DNA from: a virus
IMG/VR virus record: IMGVR_UViG_3300007623_000006
Location: 47,097 to 111,096 of that record
Direction: 5' to 3' (one strand)
DNA: 64,000 bases
The notes under the pieces are model-generated. The model was not told where the DNA came from. It saw nothing but the letters and a program-made list of their open reading frames with translations, and ran no database searches. Below, piece after piece: positions 30,748-39,285 of the stretch. The number at the start of each line of letters is the position of its first letter. The first letter of the stretch is position 1. The position numbers were made by a program, and so were the translations under genes.

Positions 30748-31856
30748 TAACAGATATCAAAGAAATTGAAACATATTCGTGGACAACACCATATCACAAG
30801 GAAAAGGGTGCTTTTAGTATACCATATTATTCAGGTATAACACACCCTGAAATGAATTTTGACCATAATTTTGAAAGTTTTTTAGATGAATACAGTGATT
30901 GGATTCATGACATATATTTTACACCACCAACAGTTCTACCATTTGAGAATGATTCAATGGGAATGGGTAAACAAATGACTGACGATGAAAAAGATGCAGT
31001 ACTTGATAAATTGTTAGGTTACCAAGAAAAATATGGTATTCCAATTTCAGCAACATTTAATGATACAAGTATTTTAAAAACTGAAAAGCAACTGAAACAG
31101 TTTATTGAAAACTTCCGACCACTATACGAAAAAGGGGTTAGAAACATTACACTTGCTCCAGTTATATGGATGTTAACTGGTGAGATTAAAAAAGCATATC
31201 CAGACTTATATATTAAGAATACTGTATTAACAAGAGTTAGAGACGGACAAATGTTTTGGGACCACGCTGAAGCAGGGTTTGATTATATTAACATTGATAG
31301 AGAGTTAATGAGAAATGAAGATGGATTAAAAAGTGTTAAAAAAGCACAATTAAAATTTTATGAAGAAACTGGTAAATATATTCCAATTGCTTTACTAGCA
31401 AATGAGAGTTGTAGAGGTAAATGTCCGGTAATGGATGAACATTATCATTATAACCAAAACAGTCATAAAAATGATAATGTACCTTATTTTGGTACACCAA
31501 TATCACAATTCACTTGCCCTCATTGGCAAAAAACGGTACCTGGATATGTATTAAAGCAAGCAAACTTTGTACCACTAAATAGTCAAATAGACTGGGTTAT
31601 GCAATATATCGATGTATTTAAGATGCATGGTAGAGCAACACCAGACTTAATGATGAATAGTTTAGGATTTATTAATGAATTTATTAGAGATGATGGTATC
31701 GAAATTCCATTTGAACCTGAATTATACACAAAATGGTTAAAAGTTATTAAAAACTGTAAATTTCAATGTTATGATTGTAATTTATGTGGTCAGGTCGAGG
31801 ATTCAATAGAAAAAACAAACCAAAAATACTTAATTAATCCTACATTATTTCATTAA
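30744..31856 (+). CDS. Peptidase-U32-like Fe-S protein (UbiU/UbiV/RlhA/TrhP superfamily, divergent)
   Basis: GFDYINIDRELMRN, LLANESCRGKCP, FKMHGR (cf. FKIEGR), C-terminal CKFQCYDCNLC; ATGA overlap with the oxygenase. Confidence 0.7.
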   Translation: MITDIKEIETYSWTTPYHKEKGAFSIPYYSGITHPEMNFDHNFESFLDEYSDWIHDIYFTPPTVLPFENDSMGMGKQMTDDEKDAVLDKLLGYQEKYGIPISATFNDTSILKTEKQLKQFIENFRPLYEKGVRNITLAPVIWMLTGEIKKAYPDLYIKNTVLTRVRDGQMFWDHAEAGFDYINIDRELMRNEDGLKSVKKAQLKFYEETGKYIPIALLANESCRGKCPVMDEHYHYNQNSHKNDNVPYFGTPISQFTCPHWQKTVPGYVLKQANFVPLNSQIDWVMQYIDVFKMHGRATPDLMMNSLGFINEFIRDDGIEIPFEPELYTKWLKVIKNCKFQCYDCNLCGQVEDSIEKTNQKYLINPTLFH

Positions 31857-31859
31857 AAG

Positions 31860-31867
31860 TATAAATA
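31860..31867 (+). promoter_or_regulatory. Late promoter TATAAATA restarting the structural operon
   Basis: Exact consensus directly after the U32 stop. Confidence 0.65.
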
Positions 31868-31881
31868 TCGTAAAAAGGGTT

Positions 31882-32397
31882 GTGATGTTCACTTCAAATT
31901 TTTACGGTATTCCTTATTACTTAATGCCAACACAAAACCCAATTATCAATACAGGTACTCAACCTAGTACAATCGCAGAAGATAATGTTTGGTTGTATTT
32001 TTTTAGTGGTGTTATGCCTGAATCATATGTATTATCTGACATCACCAACTTAGGGGAACTTATAGCATTTTACAACCCAGTATCTGTTGTACCCGACTTA
32101 ACTATGGAGTATCGATATGATACAGATGTTAAGCAAAAGCAAATGTCAATCTTATTAGAAGAACCTTTAACTGCATCATTTAGAAAAAATGGAGTAGTTT
32201 CATGGATGGCAGTTGTAGGAAGACTTGATGAAACAGATGACACTAGATTTATGTTTTTTAGTGATGGAATTGGAAGTGTAGATGAAAAATACAAACCTGT
32301 TATAATAGATAACTTTAATGGTGTTATTGGTGAAGAGTACAATATATTAAAAGTTGACTTTATTATAAGAGATTTACCTAGTAGTGAGATTATATGA
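31882..32397 (+). CDS. Paralog family A, copy 5
   Basis: NFYG..P, FFSGVMP, NGVVSW, FFSDGIG, DFIIRD. Confidence 0.8.
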   Translation: MMFTSNFYGIPYYLMPTQNPIINTGTQPSTIAEDNVWLYFFSGVMPESYVLSDITNLGELIAFYNPVSVVPDLTMEYRYDTDVKQKQMSILLEEPLTASFRKNGVVSWMAVVGRLDETDDTRFMFFSDGIGSVDEKYKPVIIDNFNGVIGEEYNILKVDFIIRDLPSSEII

Positions 32398-33149
32398 GAT
32401 TAGTAGTTAACAAAAAAACAAAAAAAGAATTATTCACACATTTAACTGACATTATATTTCCTACAGACGACTACTGGTTATCTGATACTATATCGGTTTA
32501 TACTGACTTAAGCACAAGCACCTCAACTGAAAATGTACCATATCAACTATTCTTATGGGTACCTGAAACTTTTATTGAAACACTTGAAATTATTAATACT
32601 ACAGTAAGAGAAAACAAGATAAACATAGGTGTTGATTTAGGTTTATTTTTTAATACACTTTACTTTGGTGGTGATACTAGTAGAATAGGTGCATTAAACT
32701 TATTAGTGGAAAAATATATAATAACAGAACAGAACCGTAATACAATTATAAGTCTTTTTTCACATTTTACTAATTTTGACCCTAATTTCTTTTATAGGGA
32801 ATTTGATAAATCAATAGATAGATACAAGTATTATTATAGTGGAACTATGGGCTTAAAAAACACATATAAAATTGCAAATAACTTGACATTAGATAAAATG
32901 TATGTTATAATACCTGTATTAACACCAATTAGTTTTAGTGAAACTGGGCCAATACCAGGTACTAATGGTTTATATAGTTCAATTATACCACTTTATTCTC
33001 CTAAACTAGGAAGATTAGTTAGTCATTGCTCATATATGGGTCTAGAAGTAACAGAGATAGACGAGAACTTCTTTTACTCTGAAACTGAAACTTACACGCA
33101 ACTTAAACCTTTTGAGTGGTATATGACAATTCCTGATACGGTTGTATAA
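32394..33149 (+). CDS. Paralog family B, copy 7
   Basis: MRLVVNKK; CSYMGLEV...IPDTV; closest in layout to B1. Confidence 0.7.
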   Translation: MRLVVNKKTKKELFTHLTDIIFPTDDYWLSDTISVYTDLSTSTSTENVPYQLFLWVPETFIETLEIINTTVRENKINIGVDLGLFFNTLYFGGDTSRIGALNLLVEKYIITEQNRNTIISLFSHFTNFDPNFFYREFDKSIDRYKYYYSGTMGLKNTYKIANNLTLDKMYVIIPVLTPISFSETGPIPGTNGLYSSIIPLYSPKLGRLVSHCSYMGLEVTEIDENFFYSETETYTQLKPFEWYMTIPDTVV

Positions 33150-33976
33150 TGGAAGAAATATTAGATAAAATAACATCTTTAATAAGTGAAGATGAAGATA
33201 AATTTTATACAAATCTAGCAGCTCATAAAAGTGGGTTTGATACAGATTACAAAGAAATTATATCAAAATACCTATTACATAAAGATATAGTAAAAGAACA
33301 CATATTTAAACAAAAACCACACTTAGCAAAGGGGTTTGTTAAAAGCGAAGGTAAGTTAGATAAGTTTATTAATCACATACCTGTAGTACATAATTTAGAC
33401 TTATATGATGATAGTGTTATAAGGGCAGATTTAAATAGTAATAACTTACACTTATATGCTCAAAAGTTTAATATTTTAAGTGATTTAACAAAAGAAAAAT
33501 TTTACTTATTAATTGAGTTGAGTAATATAAGTGTTGTTATTAATAACGATTTAAGAATACCTGTTAAATACCTAAAACCTAACTGTACTATATTGTATAT
33601 TAATTATATGGCAAATAAACCAGACTTTGAAGATTTCTTAAGCCAATTTGATAACTCAAAATATATACTTCAAAATTATCATCACTTAAAACACCCTAAC
33701 ATAACATCATATGTTATGAGATATGTAACAATGATAACAAAAGAAAGTTTAGAAAATCTTATAAATGTAGGATTCACATTAAGAGATATATTAACACATA
33801 GACCACAATTTTTACCATTATCATTGGATTATATAAATACAATAGATGATTTAAAAATTGTTTTAAAATGTGTCGACACAACAACATCTGTAGAAGTAAT
33901 AAACCATTTATATACCAAACTACCACATTTTAAAACAATTATTGATGAAAGAATAAAAAGGTTGATGAATGGCTAG
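33149..33976 (+). CDS. Hypothetical helical protein
   Basis: 275-aa ORF coupled at both ends. Confidence 0.65.
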   Translation: MEEILDKITSLISEDEDKFYTNLAAHKSGFDTDYKEIISKYLLHKDIVKEHIFKQKPHLAKGFVKSEGKLDKFINHIPVVHNLDLYDDSVIRADLNSNNLHLYAQKFNILSDLTKEKFYLLIELSNISVVINNDLRIPVKYLKPNCTILYINYMANKPDFEDFLSQFDNSKYILQNYHHLKHPNITSYVMRYVTMITKESLENLINVGFTLRDILTHRPQFLPLSLDYINTIDDLKIVLKCVDTTTSVEVINHLYTKLPHFKTIIDERIKRLMNG

Positions 33977-35831
33977 TATATATGATTTTTATGATGTTAC
34001 TGATAATGTGTTTGTAATAAACTCAGACGAATATGACACAATTGTATTTAGAAGCCTATTAGATGATGAATTATCTTTAGATAGTAGTAGGCCTGATTTA
34101 ATATTTGACGATATAAGAAACGACGATATATACGATTATTTTTATAAACTAAACACTTTTATTGATTCTAGACAAGACAACTTTACAACTTTACCATTAG
34201 ATAAAATTGAGAGAACAGGTAGTAGCTATTCTGTACTAATGACAAATGATGGTGATGTTCAGTGGCAAAAGTTAGCAAAACCAATCACAGGTACAATCCG
34301 ATTAAGTGACACAGTTGACCAAAGTCTTATATTTTTTGATAATACTTTAGTTGAAGGTTCATTCTCGTTGTTAGAAAACTTAACAATTGACGCACACACA
34401 TTTTTGGGTAACTTTACTAGAGCAAGAGCATATACACCGACATATTATCAAGACTATGGTGAAACAAATTGGAATTCAGCAGAAATTAAGATTAATGGTA
34501 AATTTGAGGATGTATGCGATACTTTACCTGACAAGTCAGACTATGCAAATGGTCAATTAACATTTATATCAAAAAATAGCACAATAGACGAAATGTTAGA
34601 TTTAACAGTTATAGATGTAGATGGAAATGATGTTAAAGTAAGTGGCGTTAATAGTAAGTTAGAAATCGCTAAAATAAACAATGTTAGAAAAACAATTTGT
34701 GCTTCTAGATACGACATTTCGGCAATTGACAGTGATGGTAACATTTTAATATGGGGTAGTTATACATCATCATATTATCAACCACCTATTAATGCTAGTG
34801 CTTTTACAAGCATAAATGCAGGTTACTATGGTTTTACTGGAGTAACTGATGAGAACAAAGTGTATGTATGGGGTAAAAATAACCTTTTTGTTAAGTATTT
34901 AATTGACACCATTCCAACTGGTAATGATTATATTGATAGTGATATGGGATTAAACTTTTGTGTCGCTTTAAAAGAAGATGGGACTTTACAGCATTGGGGG
35001 TATACAACATATTTATCACAAAGTATGATACCAGATAAAATATTCACAAAGCATGTATGTGCATATAAAATATTATTTGCTCTTGATAGTGATGGTTATT
35101 TAGGTGCGTATGGAAAGTATGATTTTTATAAACTTATGGCAAACTTACCAAAAGAAAAAATAATAGATTTTGATGTTAGATACTCTACTGGAGTATATTT
35201 AAGAGATGACGGTACTGTAGGTCAATGGGGTAATGTTACAGGGTTCACTATACCAGATTTTGGTGGTAAAACGATTGTTAAAGTATTTGCTGGTAAAGTT
35301 ACTTTACACGCATTAGCAGATGACGGTACACTTTTTTCATGGGGTGATTGGTACACATATAACAATACACCTGAAAACATATCATGGGGTGATGTATGTG
35401 GTCATAATTATGTTAGTGCTGGAATTGATACAAGTGGTAACATTTATACTTGGGGTAGAGACAGTTTATCTACATACGATAGTTATATGGTAAATAAAAA
35501 ACCTGACACAGATGGTATTATAAGTGGAAAAGTAGTTTCAGGGTATGAATACGACATCACATTAGAAAGTGGTATATCAGTAGGTGACATATATCTTGTA
35601 TCATCGAACTTATATTATACTGAAACTGAAGATACTACAAACATTGAAGACTACATACTTTTACCAAAAAAAGAAGTTACAATGGATGGTACTGAATTTG
35701 TTATTACTTATGATAAATTAGATATAAATACAAATGCTATAGGTCTATTATATGAATTTAATAACAGATTAGAAAGAGTGTATAAAATACAAGTAGACCT
35801 AACTAAGTCTGCTTTAGGAGAAGATGTATGA
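33969..35831 (+). CDS. Tail-associated protein with an RCC1/BLIP-II-like beta-propeller
   Basis: Seven ~40-aa repeats of type A(I/L)xxDGxxxxWG. Confidence 0.75.
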   Translation: MASIYDFYDVTDNVFVINSDEYDTIVFRSLLDDELSLDSSRPDLIFDDIRNDDIYDYFYKLNTFIDSRQDNFTTLPLDKIERTGSSYSVLMTNDGDVQWQKLAKPITGTIRLSDTVDQSLIFFDNTLVEGSFSLLENLTIDAHTFLGNFTRARAYTPTYYQDYGETNWNSAEIKINGKFEDVCDTLPDKSDYANGQLTFISKNSTIDEMLDLTVIDVDGNDVKVSGVNSKLEIAKINNVRKTICASRYDISAIDSDGNILIWGSYTSSYYQPPINASAFTSINAGYYGFTGVTDENKVYVWGKNNLFVKYLIDTIPTGNDYIDSDMGLNFCVALKEDGTLQHWGYTTYLSQSMIPDKIFTKHVCAYKILFALDSDGYLGAYGKYDFYKLMANLPKEKIIDFDVRYSTGVYLRDDGTVGQWGNVTGFTIPDFGGKTIVKVFAGKVTLHALADDGTLFSWGDWYTYNNTPENISWGDVCGHNYVSAGIDTSGNIYTWGRDSLSTYDSYMVNKKPDTDGIISGKVVSGYEYDITLESGISVGDIYLVSSNLYYTETEDTTNIEDYILLPKKEVTMDGTEFVITYDKLDINTNAIGLLYEFNNRLERVYKIQVDLTKSALGEDV

Positions 35832-36112
35832 TAAGAGTAGAAGAAACAACAGTACAAAATGGACCATTATTTACAAAAGGGTTTAAAGCAAAGTTAGATG
35901 AAGGTACAACTGACAAATTCAAAGTAAGATACCACATTGACCAAGAAGTTGGAGATGTTTTTGATTTGATTGCTGATATGTCTAAAATGATATGGTTATT
36001 AAATAGAAAAATAGATGGTACTACGGTTGAGGGTGATGTTGAACTTGAAGCCAAACTTAAAGATAGAATGGGTCAAATTGATAATATTCTAGCTACATAT
36101 TACAGTAAGTAA
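35828..36112 (+). CDS. Small putative fibre assembly chaperone
   Basis: Paralog of 21073-21336; follows a receptor-binding-like gene. Confidence 0.5.
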   Translation: MIRVEETTVQNGPLFTKGFKAKLDEGTTDKFKVRYHIDQEVGDVFDLIADMSKMIWLLNRKIDGTTVEGDVELEAKLKDRMGQIDNILATYYSK

Positions 36113-36123
36113 AGGATTAATTT

Positions 36124-37044
36124 ATGGATTTATCACAATATTTTTCAAGTAGTGATAAAGTATATGTAGTAAGAGATGGTCAAATTGAACCTATTGAAAG
36201 CTCAGGTAATTTGTTACAAACAGACCTCATATTAAACGATAATACATTAGATAGAGCAAAAGCATTTGATAGAAATGTTAATATGTTATATCAAAAAATT
36301 CAAACTAAAATGGATAAATCTGTTATTTTTAGTGAAGGTCAAATAGAGTGTGATGCTCCTCACGGGCATATATTAATGAGTGAAGGAGTTGGTCAGAACC
36401 CTATTTGGGTAAGTCCTGATAGTTTTATGAGTTCACTTTCAGAATTAGAGTTAATATATAACGAAGGTCTACTTTATGATAATACAACAATAAATGCTGA
36501 TTTATTTAGTTCAGTTATTGGTGGTACAGTTGAAGGTAATATCACATTAAGAGATACAAGTAATGAAATAGTATTTAACTCAATTGATTTACCATTAGTT
36601 GTTGATTATACAATAAAAGCAACCGTTACACCACTAGTTAGAACAGTACTAGGATATGGTCAAGGTAAAATTGTGATTGAAGGAACAGATTTTGATGATA
36701 CATATCAACTTTATATCAGTTCAGATGTAGGACTTGTTAAAATAGATATAACTGATACAGGTATAGAAGGGTCAAACACAACAGTTTACACTGATAGTAG
36801 TTATACTGGTGCATATAAGGCATACTTATTTAAACTTGACATTTATAGTGATATATCTAGTAGCGAGACATTCGACTTAAAAAGACAAAACGAAGAACAC
36901 TTAGAACCTAATGGAAATGACTTGATTATATCATATTATAGAAAAGAGTGTAATGGTACAATTTTTAATAGCAAACTATCAGGTTCGGTTGGTTTAATTA
37001 TAAAATCGATAGAGTATAACTTTAATAAGAATGAGGAAGAGTGA
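36124..37044 (+). CDS. Putative tail fibre-type protein
   Basis: RNVNMLYQK and GHILMSEGVGQNPIW shared with the 37041 N-terminus. Confidence 0.6.
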   Translation: MDLSQYFSSSDKVYVVRDGQIEPIESSGNLLQTDLILNDNTLDRAKAFDRNVNMLYQKIQTKMDKSVIFSEGQIECDAPHGHILMSEGVGQNPIWVSPDSFMSSLSELELIYNEGLLYDNTTINADLFSSVIGGTVEGNITLRDTSNEIVFNSIDLPLVVDYTIKATVTPLVRTVLGYGQGKIVIEGTDFDDTYQLYISSDVGLVKIDITDTGIEGSNTTVYTDSSYTGAYKAYLFKLDIYSDISSSETFDLKRQNEEHLEPNGNDLIISYYRKECNGTIFNSKLSGSVGLIIKSIEYNFNKNEEE

Positions 37045-38813
37045 TGAGAAATGGATATAACTTAGTAGATACTAATGGTACAGTTATAAACTTAAATTCT
37101 AGTGATTATTATAGTTATAATGAAAATGATACTATTGTTGGTAGTGATATTGTTGACTTACAAACAGAAGATGTAATATTTAGTACATATGATGCAAGAA
37201 GAGGTTCATATTCTGCACTAAGAAATATTAATGTATTATTTAACAAAGCAATTAACAAAGCACCAAAAAATATGATATCATTAAACAGAATAACACCAGG
37301 AAATAATGGTGACATTTTAGTTTCACAAGGACCAGGAGTATCACCTGTATGGAAAGCATATAGTACAATATTTCCAGATTTAGTGTATCATATTGACGGT
37401 GACGAAAGTATAATATTAAGCAGTAATACATTTATTCAAGAAGAGTTTAAAAAAGGTACAATAGTTGATAATACATATACATCATATACAGATGACATTT
37501 TAGAAACAAACAAGTTTGAAAATGTGCAAAGTTGGTTTAGTCATAAAGTAGAATTGACTACAAAACCAAAAGAATTTGAAATTATTGATGAAGATAGTGA
37601 CATGATTACTGCAGCACCAACAGCAGGTATGGTATATAACAAACCAACTAGATATATTGTTGTTGATAAGTTTGGTAATGTACATGATGGTGTAGTTGCA
37701 CCTTATAAAAATATATCAAATAATGGTTTTAATATAAAAAAAGACGATATAAATTATACATTAGATTGTATTAAATGTTATTTAGCAGACTATACAGTAT
37801 TTACAAGTATAACAGAAAATAATGTAGATAATTATGTTGAAAACGACATAAACTCGTTAAAGTTATTAAATAAATACAATATAGATATTTGGGGTGAGAG
37901 TAATAATTTTAGTGCAAGTTTAACAGTTACCTCAGATGTGAAGCAAGTTAGTGTAGGTGACAATTTTGGTGCTATTATAGGCAGTGATAATTTTGTTAAA
38001 GTATTTGGTGACAATAATTTTAATCAAATAACTAATAAACCAACAGATGAAGTTTCACAGGTATCTTGTGGTAAAAGGCACTTATGTGCTGTAAGAGTTG
38101 ATGGAACTCTTATATCTTGGGGTGATAACACTTATAATCAAATAAGTGAAACACCACAAGGGACATTTAAAAAAGTAGTATGTACAGATTATGGTACTGC
38201 TGGTATAACAACAAATAATGAGTTGATTATTTGGGGTGAAACATTTATAAAATATGATGATATTTCATATAGTACACTTGAAGTTATAGATATTGCTTGG
38301 GGTGAAAAGTTCTTTATTGTTAAAACACCAGATTTAAAATTATTAGGTTTTGGTGACGATTCATACAATCAATTATCAAATATACCAGATATGGAGTTTG
38401 AAAGTTTTGATTGTGGTAAGTATCACGCGGCAGGTGTATCAAGTACTGGTATCTTACAGGTATGGGGAAGTAATAATAATTTACAAACTGATTTACCTGA
38501 AGATACAAGTATTTTAGGATATAAAAAAGTTGAATGTTGTGAGTATAGTACAGTTGCTATGAAAAATGACGGAACTCTTATATCTTGGGGAAACGATTCT
38601 ATAGGTATAGTTTCTAATACACCTACCACCGTTGTATATGATGAAGTTGTGTCAAAATACAATAATGTTATAGGTCTTAAAGACGGTGAAATATATATAA
38701 CTGAAAAGTACAACAAAAGAAATGTTTCAGGTTCATTTTTCTCTACTAAGATAGAGTTTATAAATGATGGTACTGTAGTAACAGATTTAAAAATACATTT
38801 AGAAAAACAATAA
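37041..38813 (+). CDS. Tail-associated protein with an RCC1/BLIP-II-like beta-propeller
   Basis: Repeats VSCGxxH..A...DGTLISWGDNTYNQ; N-terminal GNNGDILVSQGPGVSPVW fibre motif. Confidence 0.8.
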   Translation: MMRNGYNLVDTNGTVINLNSSDYYSYNENDTIVGSDIVDLQTEDVIFSTYDARRGSYSALRNINVLFNKAINKAPKNMISLNRITPGNNGDILVSQGPGVSPVWKAYSTIFPDLVYHIDGDESIILSSNTFIQEEFKKGTIVDNTYTSYTDDILETNKFENVQSWFSHKVELTTKPKEFEIIDEDSDMITAAPTAGMVYNKPTRYIVVDKFGNVHDGVVAPYKNISNNGFNIKKDDINYTLDCIKCYLADYTVFTSITENNVDNYVENDINSLKLLNKYNIDIWGESNNFSASLTVTSDVKQVSVGDNFGAIIGSDNFVKVFGDNNFNQITNKPTDEVSQVSCGKRHLCAVRVDGTLISWGDNTYNQISETPQGTFKKVVCTDYGTAGITTNNELIIWGETFIKYDDISYSTLEVIDIAWGEKFFIVKTPDLKLLGFGDDSYNQLSNIPDMEFESFDCGKYHAAGVSSTGILQVWGSNNNLQTDLPEDTSILGYKKVECCEYSTVAMKNDGTLISWGNDSIGIVSNTPTTVVYDEVVSKYNNVIGLKDGEIYITEKYNKRNVSGSFFSTKIEFINDGTVVTDLKIHLEKQ

Positions 38814-38826
38814 GGAATAAAACAAG

Positions 38827-39276
38827 ATGGCAGAAAGTTTTAAAACATTTGACATAACAATTGAACAAGGGTCAACATTCTTTTTATCTATTTCATTAGA
38901 AAATGAGGAAGGATATGTACTTAATATTAAAGATTGTGTTGCAGTGATGCAGATTAGAGATATTAAAGAAGATGTATCAAAAATATTAATGGATGTTACA
39001 CCATATTTACAATTTACTTATGACAATAGAATTCTTATAGAAATACCTAGTGCAGTAACAAGTAATATTAAATGGTCTAAAGGTCTGTATGACTTAAAAA
39101 TTAGAGAAAATACAACTGGTAGAGTATATAGATTGTTACAAGGTACTGCTGAAATAGATAAACAAGTAACTGAAAGTGTATGGGATAACGCTGCTTGTTA
39201 TACAGGTGACGAATTATGTACACAACTAGACGAAGTAACAGAAACTCCTACAGATACAGGAACTGTAGATATATAA
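38827..39276 (+). CDS. Baseplate/fibre adaptor Ig-like (BppU N-terminal-like) protein
   Basis: DITIEQGSTF, AVMQIR, GLYDL, RLLQG...VT pattern. Confidence 0.65.
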   Translation: MAESFKTFDITIEQGSTFFLSISLENEEGYVLNIKDCVAVMQIRDIKEDVSKILMDVTPYLQFTYDNRILIEIPSAVTSNIKWSKGLYDLKIRENTTGRVYRLLQGTAEIDKQVTESVWDNAACYTGDELCTQLDEVTETPTDTGTVDI

Positions 39277-39285
39277 GGATAAACT

